From a virus: a DNA stretch of 64,000 nucleotides. Shown here piece after piece: positions 1-10,016 of this stretch. Positions within the stretch are counted from its first letter, which is position 1. Each line of letters begins with the position of its first letter. The translations under genes were made by a program, and so were the position numbers. The notes under the pieces were generated by a model, which saw nothing but the letters and a program-made list of their open reading frames with translations, did no database searches and had not been told where the DNA came from. The stretch lies in IMG/VR virus record IMGVR_UViG_3300030098_005409. One strand, given 5' to 3'.

Positions 1-1668
1 GGCTTCCTCAAAGTCCCACGCAAAGTTTTCTCTAACGTCGTCTAACACTCTCCCCCATGGGTGCTCAGCTTTCATCACCTGTTGCAAACTTTCTTTTGTC
101 AACTGTAGCTCCTTTGCTAGGAACGAGTTGTCATCCGATGCTTTAATATATTCCATCAACGAAAGATAGAAGTCCTTAAACGATATATCTAAGTGTGAAT
201 TTAAAAACCTAGACACAAATTGTAGATTACCAAGGTAATGAGCAAACATAAAAAACCAGCGATACACTGTACATTCCACGTATTCGTCCAGCGTCAGTGT
301 TTTGCTTCCTACTACCATGTGTTCTCTTTCGAAATCATTTTGATCATTAATGTCAACATGAGAAAAAGCAGGATATGTTTCAATAATATTTAGATCATAT
401 TTTTCAATATATTCTTTTTCCCCAAATGGAGTGTTTGGTAACGCTGTTAATGGGTAGATGCCAATATAGTTGTGTTGTCCCAATTCTATAACCTTAGAAA
501 TTCCGTCAATAAAACTCTGTAATGTTTCTTCGGGGAGGCCCATAATTAATTCAACATAACTTGGCAATTCTTCTTGACTATACATTTTAAAAAATTCAGA
601 CAGTTTGCCATTATCAACGTTTCTTCTACGTACAGCTTTGAGCGTTTCAGGATTCATAGACTGGAGTGCAATTGTGATACCTTTGTCCATATCTGCTTCG
701 TAAAACAATTTGGCCAACGTTATAACAGAGTCAGCTTTATTCTTAGCCCAATCGCACCGGTGCTTTTCTGGATATCCTGTCTCCTTTTTCTTTTTCACAA
801 AATATTTTGTAATTTCAAGATGATCTTTTAGCATTCCAAAGTTAGAGTCTGCGTTGTATACGAAAACAACCTTGTTATCTGACAGCCAATCAATCTCTTT
901 GTAAACCTTTTCAAGACTTTGTGATTTAATTTTCTGGTAGTATTTCGTGCTTATTTCACAAAAAGTGCACTGAAATGGGCAACCCCTTGTTGTTTCAATT
1001 GCGGCTTCAATCTCATAAGGACAGTCCTTAACAAGTTCATCGAATAAGCCATCCAAATATGGACTCGGCATTGAATTAAGGTCTTGAATTCTTTGTCTAG
1101 GGAGGTTGACGTGCGTTGCATAGTCACTATCGTCCGCTGATATTTCGTCAAGTAGCTTTAGCCCATGACTTATTCGCCGTAGGCGCCCTTTGTTTTCAGA
1201 ACTTACCAATCTCATAGGAATAGAGCATCCGTCAATACTTTCCCAATTGGGACTAACTTTAAGATTTTCAATTAAAATTTCTTTAAATGTAATCTCTCCC
1301 TCGCCATGCACAGCGATATCTACATAGGGATGCTCCTTAAAAAAGTTTTGATTTCTATCCGACATTGGAACCTGCCAGCCACCGTATACGATCAGGCACT
1401 CCGGATATTTTTCTTTAATTTTTTTTGCTAACTGATTGTTAAACTTCCAATTCCAAACAAAACAATTAAAGCCGATAATGGAGGGGTTTTCTATCTTATT
1501 GAGAATGTCATCTAAGTCTTCTCTGTAATAGAACCAGCCCCCTAAATTATAGTTACTTTCTATCTGCTTGTCCGTTATACAATAAGACCATATAACGCCC
1601 GTGCTATACGGAAGTTTAATCTGTCCTGTTAAGACATCATTAATTTCAAATAAATATACATTTTTCAT
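1..1668 (-). CDS. B12-binding radical SAM enzyme (runs off the window at position 1)
   Basis: Manual translation from ATG 1668 (ATGA overlap with the upstream gene): MKNVYLFEIN..., cobalamin-binding-type segment 'IVYGGWQV...HGEGE', radical SAM motif 'TTRGCPFQCTFC', 'ELIMGLPEET'. No stop before position 1, so it is absent from the ORF track. Confidence 0.9.
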   Translation of the reverse strand, partial: MKNVYLFEINDVLTGQIKLPYSTGVIWSYCITDKQIESNYNLGGWFYYREDLDDILNKIENPSIIGFNCFVWNWKFNNQLAKKIKEKYPECLIVYGGWQVPMSDRNQNFFKEHPYVDIAVHGEGEITFKEILIENLKVSPNWESIDGCSIPMRLVSSENKGRLRRISHGLKLLDEISADDSDYATHVNLPRQRIQDLNSMPSPYLDGLFDELVKDCPYEIEAAIETTRGCPFQCTFCEISTKYYQKIKSQSLEKVYKEIDWLSDNKVVFVYNADSNFGMLKDHLEITKYFVKKKKETGYPEKHRCDWAKNKADSVITLAKLFYEADMDKGITIALQSMNPETLKAVRRRNVDNGKLSEFFKMYSQEELPSYVELIMGLPEETLQSFIDGISKVIELGQHNYIGIYPLTALPNTPFGEKEYIEKYDLNIIETYPAFSHVDINDQNDFEREHMVVGSKTLTLDEYVECTVYRWFFMFAHYLGNLQFVSRFLNSHLDISFKDFYLSLMEYIKASDDNSFLAKELQLTKESLQQVMKAEHPWGRVLDDVRENFAWDFEEA

Positions 1669-2360
1669 TGTGTGTGAATCCAAACTTCCTCGGCGCCGCA
1701 GTGCATTGACTTTTCATACTTCATGCTTTCTAATAATTTGCTAATTGGACCAGAATGATCATAACCCGTGCCCCTGACTTCTACATATATTATCTTGGGG
1801 CGATGAGGACCCAGGCCCATAAGACACTGTAAAGCATGCCCTTCAACATCTATATGCATTAAATCTATGGACGCAATGCCCTGTTCCTCGCAAAACTTTT
1901 CTATAGTTATACTTGGAACTTTAACGGGAGTTCTTATTTCCAGGGGCAGGCCGTCTGCTCTATCTGTGGAGCATAGCTCTTTGTCAATTGCTCCGCATGG
2001 AGCATAATTATCATTCTCACTATCGTAAGTTTCATAAAAGCTAACCTCTCCAATAGTATCAGAGATAGCATAGTTAAAAACTTTTAAGCCATATTGATTC
2101 AGTCCTTTCAAGTTATGAAAACAAGCTGGGGATGCCTCAATTGAATAAACATCGGCTGTGGGGAAGTGGTGCTTATATCTGATTCCATCCCCTCCATCAT
2201 ACGAACCGAATTCTAATATTGTTTGAACTTTTTTACACTGCTGATTAACAATTTGTATATTGAAGTTTGAGTGCCACAAGTCTCTGTTATTCCACGGATT
2301 AGAATAATTCTCTATCTTAATCCTGTTCCCTGGTAAAAATTCAACCTTACTTTGGCTCAT
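1665..2360 (-). CDS. FkbM-family SAM-dependent methyltransferase
   Basis: 'ILEFGSYDG' SAM-binding loop, 'VYSIEAS', 'IDLMHIDVEG', typical of Methyltransf_21/FkbM. Confidence 0.85.
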   Translation of the reverse strand: MSQSKVEFLPGNRIKIENYSNPWNNRDLWHSNFNIQIVNQQCKKVQTILEFGSYDGGDGIRYKHHFPTADVYSIEASPACFHNLKGLNQYGLKVFNYAISDTIGEVSFYETYDSENDNYAPCGAIDKELCSTDRADGLPLEIRTPVKVPSITIEKFCEEQGIASIDLMHIDVEGHALQCLMGLGPHRPKIIYVEVRGTGYDHSGPISKLLESMKYEKSMHCGAEEVWIHTQ

Positions 2361-2368
2361 GATTAGTA

Positions 2369-3169
2369 TTACTCCAGAATATCATATAAACCATCCGACC
2401 GAAGGCGGACATATCCAAGATCTACTAACTCAGAGATGGTCTCGTCCTCCACCTTTACTCCATATGATGAGTCTCTATTCATTTTACTTGATAAACCTAC
2501 ACAAGCTAGGTCTGTTATATGTTGTCCAGTTCGGTAATGAACTCCATCCATATTAGTTATGGCCCAGTTTTTATTAGAAGAAATAACCTTAGAATCATGG
2601 TTTTTAGCTAAATTTGACAAATGAGCTTCCCAATGATACGAATGCACGCCGGTACCCGGCTGTTGATTAATATTTAGCAAGTATTCCCTATTCCATATGG
2701 AGGCGCGAACACAAATTTTTAATTCTGCATCCTGATCAGCACAAATAATATCATATTCCGGAGTTTGTTTTATTACCGAATGGGCTCGGCCTGATGTTCC
2801 TCTCGTTAAATCAACCCTAGCTAAATTAGGGTTGATATGTACATCATATTCATTCAATATTGCTTTGTTAACTGGTCTGATCAAAAATTCATTTTCTTCC
2901 AGCCAAATAAAATAATCATCGTGGATTACATCCGTTAGCATCTGTGTAACATCATCGCTTAGAACCCACGAACCCGGTGGGTTCTGTTTTCCGAGTGAAA
3001 TAAAATTAAAATTACTTGGTAGGTCGAATTCAGGGTGTCTGTCAAACCCTAAGACAGTTACTTCCTTTTCCGGTCCCCAGTGCTTGTTAAAGAGATACGA
3101 AAATATCTTTAATATGTGTACGTATTTATTTGAGGTTGTGACGTAAATTTTTAGTTCATCTGCTTTCAT
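2369..3169 (-). CDS. Putative glycosyltransferase-like protein
   Basis: GT-A-like N-terminus, 'FIWLEENEFL' at the usual DxD position; gene-cluster context. Confidence 0.45.
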   Translation of the reverse strand: MKADELKIYVTTSNKYVHILKIFSYLFNKHWGPEKEVTVLGFDRHPEFDLPSNFNFISLGKQNPPGSWVLSDDVTQMLTDVIHDDYFIWLEENEFLIRPVNKAILNEYDVHINPNLARVDLTRGTSGRAHSVIKQTPEYDIICADQDAELKICVRASIWNREYLLNINQQPGTGVHSYHWEAHLSNLAKNHDSKVISSNKNWAITNMDGVHYRTGQHITDLACVGLSSKMNRDSSYGVKVEDETISELVDLGYVRLRSDGLYDILE

Positions 3170-4074
3170 GAATACTCTCCTTCTTGGTTTTTATCAATAA
3201 TATCCTTTATAAAAGGCCAAATGTTATATTTCTCTAAAACTAAATTCCTTGCATGGTCGATTGCATCTATATTAATTTTTGTTATTGGTCTATCAATTAT
3301 ATCAGAAAACTCTCTAAGAGCTTCAGTCGGATTTTCAATGTTTATTGTATGATAAGATTCCGTAGGATAAAGCTCTTCTATGTTAGGGCACCCCCAATAA
3401 ATAGGCATTGTCCAACATAAAAACGGCTCCCATACTCTAGTACAAAAATTTTTTAACCTACCATTCTCTAGCGAAAGGGAATAATGATAAGGCTGTAATC
3501 CTTCATATTTACATCTTTTAGGGGGACCGGTAAGGGGCAGACCCCCCTTATAAGATGGCCCAAAATCCTCTGCTTTTAAAGTTTTGCCATAAAAATCAAT
3601 TCGATCAGAATGTTGAGCGGCCGCCATTTTAGCAAAATTTAATCTCAGAGACTGACCAAGGGTGAACCTCTTGTTGGTCAATATGCAACTGACACTGTTA
3701 TGCCCTTGGGTGGTGCGTATTTTTTCAGGATATTTCATGTTCTTTAGCTCCGAGAAAGTTTTTTTTACCCACCAGAGTGCATAAGTGTAGTGGTTGTCAT
3801 AAGTGTAGATATGCTTCGCGTACGCGGGGGGCGTATATCGACGGACATGTGTTGGCTCTCTTTGTAAAAAAAAGGTTTTATCTAAATTAAGCCAATTAGG
3901 ATTAAAGCCACTCGGGAGCCCATCTAGGACAAAGCAATACTCCGCGTCGTTAAGATTAGATACTGCTACTATATCTTCCCAGACATATCCCCCATCAGGA
4001 TTTTGGGACCTGCAGTGCTCCAAATACTGCGCTGGGGTTTCCCCCCAGTTGTTAAGAAGAAGGACTTTTTTCAA
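3166..4074 (-). CDS. GT10-like (fucosyltransferase-type) glycosyltransferase
   Basis: 'YHYSLSLENG...WEPFLCWTMPIYWGCPNI' matches the GT10 C-terminal motif. Confidence 0.75.
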   Translation of the reverse strand: MKKVLLLNNWGETPAQYLEHCRSQNPDGGYVWEDIVAVSNLNDAEYCFVLDGLPSGFNPNWLNLDKTFFLQREPTHVRRYTPPAYAKHIYTYDNHYTYALWWVKKTFSELKNMKYPEKIRTTQGHNSVSCILTNKRFTLGQSLRLNFAKMAAAQHSDRIDFYGKTLKAEDFGPSYKGGLPLTGPPKRCKYEGLQPYHYSLSLENGRLKNFCTRVWEPFLCWTMPIYWGCPNIEELYPTESYHTINIENPTEALREFSDIIDRPITKINIDAIDHARNLVLEKYNIWPFIKDIIDKNQEGEYS

Positions 4075-4729
4075 GATATAATCTCACATCCGCGCCATAT
4101 AGGTCATTAAACTTTTTTGATACTCTCTTATTATTTCTTGCCCAGAGAACCAGTTCCTTCTTATACATCTTCGCAAAACTATTCATGTTAGGCAATATAA
4201 AATGTTGTCCTCGGCGCGCACAAAATTTAGAAAAATCCTGTGTAATGGTCTCAAAAAATAAATAATTATCTATTTCTACTTCGTTACCGGCGTCATCTGT
4301 AACAAAATAAGCCTGGGGCTTTAAATGGCCATCAAAAAAGCCATACTCTGCGATTTCATCCAGTAAACACTCAAATCGATCCGGTTCGTTATTCAATAAT
4401 ATAAATTTTTTATCAGCTACAGTATTATAAATGTTCTCGGGTCGATGGCCTCTGAGTACTTCATAGTAAGCAGATACAATCCTCTCTAAAGGGTCTCTTA
4501 AAACAACAAATGTTTCATATTCGTGAAAATTGTCTAGCTTGCAGAGGTCTGAATATGATGTTCTGTATGATCCTTTCATAAGAGGAGACTTCCTGATTGC
4601 AGTGCTAGCGTTTTTCGGGATCACAAAAAATATAACTTTATTAGTATGACTAACCCAACAATAGTCTTTAAGCTTGTTTTCAATTCTTAATCTAAAATTT
4701 TCGTAATCTTTGTTCATTAAAGACTCCAC
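4052..4729 (-). CDS. Sulfotransferase (Sulfotransfer_2-like)
   Basis: 5'-PSB-like 'IPKNASTAIR', 3'-PB-like 'RDPLERIVSAY', 'HLKPQ'. Confidence 0.85.
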   Translation of the reverse strand: MESLMNKDYENFRLRIENKLKDYCWVSHTNKVIFFVIPKNASTAIRKSPLMKGSYRTSYSDLCKLDNFHEYETFVVLRDPLERIVSAYYEVLRGHRPENIYNTVADKKFILLNNEPDRFECLLDEIAEYGFFDGHLKPQAYFVTDDAGNEVEIDNYLFFETITQDFSKFCARRGQHFILPNMNSFAKMYKKELVLWARNNKRVSKKFNDLYGADVRLYLEKSPSS

Positions 4730-5586
4730 TTGTCCTTTTCTTCCCTAAAACGGCGGGCCCAATAACTCATAGTGGATTTATCCAAGCTAGACGTATTAAG
4801 TATTTTATCATACTGATCTATCAAAAAATCCTCTGTTATATCACTCAGATCATCATATACTAATATTGGTAAATCTAGGTAAAAATTAATATTTAGGTGT
4901 CTTGGTATTATAGGAATTGATCCTAAATAAATTGCTTGCCAGACGCGGCCGCAATCAACACCGTTGCCTAGTGGCGAAACCACGTATTTGTGATCATACA
5001 AGTTTTGATAGTACTCACCCATTTTGTTAAAATGGGATGAATTTTCATATTCACTTAAGGGTATATCACACGGCTTTTGTGTAACCCAGTCGTTGTCTTT
5101 AAAGTAATTATATACCTCTCTTCTGTGGCTTGGGTTTGTGTGTATGCCAAAATCTAGGTAAACTAAGTTTTTAAAGTTCTTCTCTACATTGTCTTCATCT
5201 ATAATAGTAAACTCTGGAGAGTCTTTAGCCTCAGCAAATTCTGACGTACCAATCCAAGTTGAGCTTGCTGATCCTAGTGGTATTGATTCTAGGATTGGAT
5301 GATCATAGGTTATATTAATACCGAACCACTTGACAATATTACTCGGTGCATTTCCAAATATTCTTTCATCAATTGGATAATCGCTATGATGTGTTACAAT
5401 TATATACTTGTTTTGCGTGTTTTTTCTGCACTCGTTAAGCAATCCAGCAACAAAATCTGTCTTACTAAACACAATATAGACTCCCGTTTGGTTTGGTAAA
5501 GCCTGTCCTGGTTTGTACACAATATCACATAATGTCTCAAATCTCTCGCCAACAATTCTATCTTGCTGCTCTACAGTACACTTCAT
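4717..5586 (-). CDS. Exostosin/GT47-like glycosyltransferase
   Basis: 'YVVSPLGNGVDCGRVWQAIYLGSIPI' matches the exostosin C-terminal motif. Confidence 0.75.
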   Translation of the reverse strand: MKCTVEQQDRIVGERFETLCDIVYKPGQALPNQTGVYIVFSKTDFVAGLLNECRKNTQNKYIIVTHHSDYPIDERIFGNAPSNIVKWFGINITYDHPILESIPLGSASSTWIGTSEFAEAKDSPEFTIIDEDNVEKNFKNLVYLDFGIHTNPSHRREVYNYFKDNDWVTQKPCDIPLSEYENSSHFNKMGEYYQNLYDHKYVVSPLGNGVDCGRVWQAIYLGSIPIIPRHLNINFYLDLPILVYDDLSDITEDFLIDQYDKILNTSSLDKSTMSYWARRFREEKDKWSL

Positions 5587-6866
5587 TATATTACTCCACT
5601 TAATAGCTGAACATCAACCAAATCTTTTGGCTCTGATCTGTTTTTCTTCATCTGTCGAATTACTTCGGGGCTGGCAAACTTAAGGCCATTATAATAAAAA
5701 TGATTATTTGGGTTAAAGATAATATCATCTTTGTGGTGCTTGTAGTATTTAAGTTCTTCGTTATGACAGTTAATCTCAGTTAGTCCTGTGTCGATGTTGT
5801 CGCCAGCATATAGGAAATCTAAGTCTCTACAGTCACGTAAGCCGTATGCCGCCAGAACTGCGCTCGCGTCAACGCAAAAGTCATCGCGATCGTGGACACT
5901 ATTATTATGCCAGTTCCTGTATTCTTGAAAATAAAATTCAAAGTTTTTAAAATATGTTGGCTTAAGTTGATTTAAAAAATTAATACTATTTTGGTTAAAG
6001 ACGGCGCTAGCGATTCTTATAGTTTCATGGTGATGGTCATTAATGTGAACTGAATGATTTCCAACGTTGTAGAGATCCCTCACGTTTTGCTTTAGGGCCC
6101 TCAGAGTGTCTGGGTCATCAGTCTGCACCAAAAAAACATAAGTCGGGCCCGCAGCATCGTAACACTGCTCAGCCTTAGAATTAACGCCTTGAAAGCCTAC
6201 TTGCCAATTACCTGCCCAGGGCTCCCCGTCGTAAAGTGTTCTAATAAAATTAAAGGGGCCGTATTTATCTAGTGGCACCGCCTTTTCGCACACCACATCA
6301 GTGCTATTTACAATTATTTCTCTTGCTTTCTCAAACTTACAGAGGGCAGTAGGAAACAACGTAATTATAAAAGTGTTATTTTTTAATTTAGCATAATTTA
6401 AAGCCATGGCATCTAAATAAGTTTGGTTTAGGCCGCCTTCCACATATACATCACGATTTTTAAAAAAGTAGTAGCTACAGTCTAATTGCCCAGAATCGGG
6501 AGGAGCCTCATAACATGCTACCATTTTATCATCAAGTATGCTTGATGCAATACGATGAGCACCGTTAAGAGGAGATTTTGTACTCTTATCAACTGGAACA
6601 ATGGATCTGTTCTCATCAAATCCATCTCGTTGAATCGATTCAATAATGTTGTTGAACTCATTAACAAACTTTTCTTTGCTTTGTTTATTAATATCGCCAA
6701 ATTCAGAAAAGTTATTCCAAACTTGCAAGTGCGATAGGTACAGGTCTAAAGGGAACTCACTTTTTACATCTTTATACTTAGCATAATAGTGCTTGGCCGC
6801 TATGTCAAAACGAAATGGTGTTAACAAACTAAGAGCATTGCGGTAGAAAGTATCGTTTTTATTCAT
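5586..6866 (-). CDS. Multidomain protein: ParB/Srx-like, NDK-like and nucleotidyltransferase-like segments
   Basis: 'PLNGAHRIAS'; 'KQNVRDLY...NHSVHIND'; 'DASAVLAAYGLRDCRDLD'. Confidence 0.5.
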   Translation of the reverse strand: MNKNDTFYRNALSLLTPFRFDIAAKHYYAKYKDVKSEFPLDLYLSHLQVWNNFSEFGDINKQSKEKFVNEFNNIIESIQRDGFDENRSIVPVDKSTKSPLNGAHRIASSILDDKMVACYEAPPDSGQLDCSYYFFKNRDVYVEGGLNQTYLDAMALNYAKLKNNTFIITLFPTALCKFEKAREIIVNSTDVVCEKAVPLDKYGPFNFIRTLYDGEPWAGNWQVGFQGVNSKAEQCYDAAGPTYVFLVQTDDPDTLRALKQNVRDLYNVGNHSVHINDHHHETIRIASAVFNQNSINFLNQLKPTYFKNFEFYFQEYRNWHNNSVHDRDDFCVDASAVLAAYGLRDCRDLDFLYAGDNIDTGLTEINCHNEELKYYKHHKDDIIFNPNNHFYYNGLKFASPEVIRQMKKNRSEPKDLVDVQLLSGVI

Positions 6867-6869
6867 TTT

Positions 6870-7631
6870 TTAAATCTCGCCAATCAAATCATATTGAGGT
6901 TTTGATCTAATCTGTCTGTCTAGAGCAAGTTGCAGTCTTGAGTTTACTTTAAAGTCGTTAATTGGATTGTCATTATTGTAAACATATAAGATATTAGATA
7001 TAAACTTATGCCGGTGGCCGGCCATTTCAAGCATGGGCATCATAAAGGCAACATCCCAAGCCATCCTATAAAAATTGCCCTCAGAATCTAGTAAGTCTTC
7101 TTTTTGTATCTTTTTCCACAAGCCATACTTAAATGTTCTAAGATGAGAGGAAATCCACTTTGGATAGCTTCTAAATGACCTATTTTCAACTACTTCTTCT
7201 GGAAAGTTGTGAGAGCCATTTGGAACAACTCTTCCGGCCACCAAGTCATTTAATTTGACATATTCGCCATAAGTTATATAACAATTTTCTTTATTGTAAA
7301 CAAAGTCAAGCGTATCTAATACTTTATCGTGGTATAGCCAATCATCCCCATCAACAGTCACTATAATGTCATGGTCATCCGGCTGAGACAACAGGATGCC
7401 TTCATAAATATTTTGTAGTGCAAATTTCTTTTCTGTATTTATATGCAGAATAAAACGATCATCATCCTTTATAAGCTCCTTGACTCTGCTTACTGTGTCA
7501 TCAGTTGAGATATCGTCTACTAGTATGCACTGAAAGTCTTCATACCCTTGGCTCTTAATGCTATTAATGTTCTTTTCTATCCATTGTTCTACGTTATACA
7601 TTGGAACAATGATCTTAAAATGGTTTTTCAT
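6870..7631 (-). CDS. GT2-family glycosyltransferase
   Basis: 'IIVPMYNVE', 'VDDISTD', 'VDGDDW'. Confidence 0.9.
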   Translation of the reverse strand: MKNHFKIIVPMYNVEQWIEKNINSIKSQGYEDFQCILVDDISTDDTVSRVKELIKDDDRFILHINTEKKFALQNIYEGILLSQPDDHDIIVTVDGDDWLYHDKVLDTLDFVYNKENCYITYGEYVKLNDLVAGRVVPNGSHNFPEEVVENRSFRSYPKWISSHLRTFKYGLWKKIQKEDLLDSEGNFYRMAWDVAFMMPMLEMAGHRHKFISNILYVYNNDNPINDFKVNSRLQLALDRQIRSKPQYDLIGEI

Positions 7632-7633
7632 TC

Positions 7634-8479
7634 TTAGTCCTTTATAAGTTCGACAAATTTTTCTTTGTACTCAATAAATTCTTCTACTTGATCAGGTGGG
7701 AAAACGCGAGACATAATTGTGACCGTGTCATCCCAAACTTTTCCTATGTACGGATCCCGATGCAAATGAACATCAATCGTTTTAGTGTTCATGCACTCAT
7801 TAAATGTTGGATCCCAAGCACCCCTATCAATACGCCCATTTCGAATCCCATACTTATTTCCGCCACGCTCAAACATCTGGCACCTATCTGGGTAGTAATC
7901 ACTTTGGAATACACTGCGAGTTAAAATCCACTCATCTAGATTCCATCCCGTGTCCCAATCAGCAGAGGGCGACAGATATTCCTCAAAACAAAGACGAACG
8001 TTTTCCTGAACTGATGTCTCTTGAATCCCTATCACCTTTTTCCATACTGACGCCTTCATGCCAATATTTCCAATCTTTAAACGGGTATAATTTAGCTCAT
8101 CCGGGTCATATATATGAATGTCTTTAGAGGCGCTTTGTTGGTTGAACCACATATAATCAATTACAAACTTATCCATATCGTCCGTAAGCAAGTAATCATC
8201 GTCTTTAAAGGCCGGATCTGCAGCTGCGTAAAGCCTACAGATCTGAGCTATATTGCAAGTACGATATCCCTCTATGGGGTTTAAGACATTTATCCGACCG
8301 CCAACTTTCTCTGTCGCCTCAAAAACCAGTTTTCTCAATTCTGGTGATATGCTGTCCTCCACCAAATAAACAACTGGTTGATAATCAATTTCTTTCCAGA
8401 ATGCACATGTCATTGGCACAAAAAAAAGATAGTCCGGATTTGAATCAACCGATAAAATGGAATGTTTATTATTTATCAT
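7634..8479 (-). CDS. Hypothetical protein, possibly glycosyltransferase-like
   Basis: 'LLTDDMD' acidic motif after a beta strand; cluster context. Confidence 0.4.
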   Translation of the reverse strand: MINNKHSILSVDSNPDYLFFVPMTCAFWKEIDYQPVVYLVEDSISPELRKLVFEATEKVGGRINVLNPIEGYRTCNIAQICRLYAAADPAFKDDDYLLTDDMDKFVIDYMWFNQQSASKDIHIYDPDELNYTRLKIGNIGMKASVWKKVIGIQETSVQENVRLCFEEYLSPSADWDTGWNLDEWILTRSVFQSDYYPDRCQMFERGGNKYGIRNGRIDRGAWDPTFNECMNTKTIDVHLHRDPYIGKVWDDTVTIMSRVFPPDQVEEFIEYKEKFVELIKD

Positions 8480-8480
8480 C

Positions 8481-10016
8481 TTATATTTTCTTAACCTCTA
8501 GAGGGCAATTTTGATTAGTCAAACACGCCCCAGATTTTAAATCAAATTCCCATCCATGTAATGAGCAAACAAGGTTTCCTGCTTCGTTGACATACCCTGA
8601 CTTTTTTAGATCCGCCAACATATGGGGGCAATATCGCTGAACCTTGTATTTTTGTTTATTATACTCTAATTCATACGTCTCATTAAGAAAATCTTTGCGT
8701 TCGGCATAAATTTTCTCCGAAATTAGTAATCGTTTTATATCAAAATTCTTTAACAATGTAAATAAAATTTCATTATATACATCGGGGTCGCGGTGACATT
8801 TAAAATTGGTACCAAGAAAAAACCTTTCAAAATCCACGTAACGCGATTTAAACAATTCACACATTGAATCGGGACATAAAGTAAACTCATAACTTATTTT
8901 TTGATTTTTAAGCGGCTCCACTATACCCTGAGAGAAGTCAACCACTATGTCTTCTACTTCATTAAAACTAAACAAAACATTAAAAGTCAATTGCGGCGCA
9001 TATACTTGAGATATTTTACAAATATTATTAACATGTTTAACAAATTTTTGCACCATTTTGGCATGCTCTACTTTAGTGTATGAGGGAATAGGGTATTCGT
9101 CTTGTACTTGACGCGCATATCTATCAATATATTGAGGTAGTTTATTATATACAGTGGTAAATTTTTTGCTATCAACAATGGTCTCTATTGTTTTAGCTAG
9201 TTTCACTTCATCACCGGGGCACAAGGTTTGCGCGTTAACACCTTGTGCATTCATTAAGCGCGATGCGTCATCTGATAAAATGAAAGGGTTTGACGCTTCC
9301 CTTCGGGTGTTATTCCAGTGATGCAAGGCACGATTACGGAAAAAGGGCGGGCCTGCATTAGGAACTGTCAGTTTTGCATTAACTGTCAAGGCATATTTTA
9401 TGGCTCGCTGGACAGCGTTATTCCTTTTTTGTATGCACTTATCTTTCAATTCTTGCTCATCGTAATCATACGTGCAGGGCCACCATATAGCGCTCGTTGC
9501 CTGCAATAACAACACATCCACATCTCCGATGTGTTCTTTAATTATACTATAGTCTAAATGGCAATCGTTGAGGTTGAGAATCTTGCGATTACCATCGTCC
9601 AAGAGTAAGCACGAGTCCTGATCCATGTAGCCATCGTCTTCCACAATTGTAATTTTCACATCCTTAAATATTTGAGTATCGTGCCTTGTCAGTTCTCTGA
9701 CGTCAGAAAAACCCATCTGTCCTAGAGTTGAGCGTAAAACAGGATCTTTAAACTTGGGTATTAAGATCGTTGTCGACCGGTCGGCTTGTTGCAAAACCCA
9801 TGGATCTAGATGATCCTCATGCGCATGGGAGATATAAATAAAATCCAAGTCTTCTAATAAATCTTTGTGCCACAGATCCCTATTTGATGGAAAGGGCAGC
9901 CATTGAGAAAAAAAAGCGCCGGATGGTCCAAACCACGGATCACAAATACAACGAAAGTCCGGGCCCTCAACTAACCAGCCGGCATGTCCAAGATATTTAA
10001 GATTATTTATCGGCAC
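8481..10016 (-). CDS. MBL-fold hydrolase with C-terminal Rieske [2Fe-2S] domain (CMP-Neu5Ac hydroxylase-like)
   Basis: 'YISHAHEDHLD' (HxHxDH), 'LNLNDC', Rieske ligands 'CPH...CSLHGWEF'. Confidence 0.85.
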   Translation of the reverse strand: MPINNLKYLGHAGWLVEGPDFRCICDPWFGPSGAFFSQWLPFPSNRDLWHKDLLEDLDFIYISHAHEDHLDPWVLQQADRSTTILIPKFKDPVLRSTLGQMGFSDVRELTRHDTQIFKDVKITIVEDDGYMDQDSCLLLDDGNRKILNLNDCHLDYSIIKEHIGDVDVLLLQATSAIWWPCTYDYDEQELKDKCIQKRNNAVQRAIKYALTVNAKLTVPNAGPPFFRNRALHHWNNTRREASNPFILSDDASRLMNAQGVNAQTLCPGDEVKLAKTIETIVDSKKFTTVYNKLPQYIDRYARQVQDEYPIPSYTKVEHAKMVQKFVKHVNNICKISQVYAPQLTFNVLFSFNEVEDIVVDFSQGIVEPLKNQKISYEFTLCPDSMCELFKSRYVDFERFFLGTNFKCHRDPDVYNEILFTLLKNFDIKRLLISEKIYAERKDFLNETYELEYNKQKYKVQRYCPHMLADLKKSGYVNEAGNLVCSLHGWEFDLKSGACLTNQNCPLEVKKI

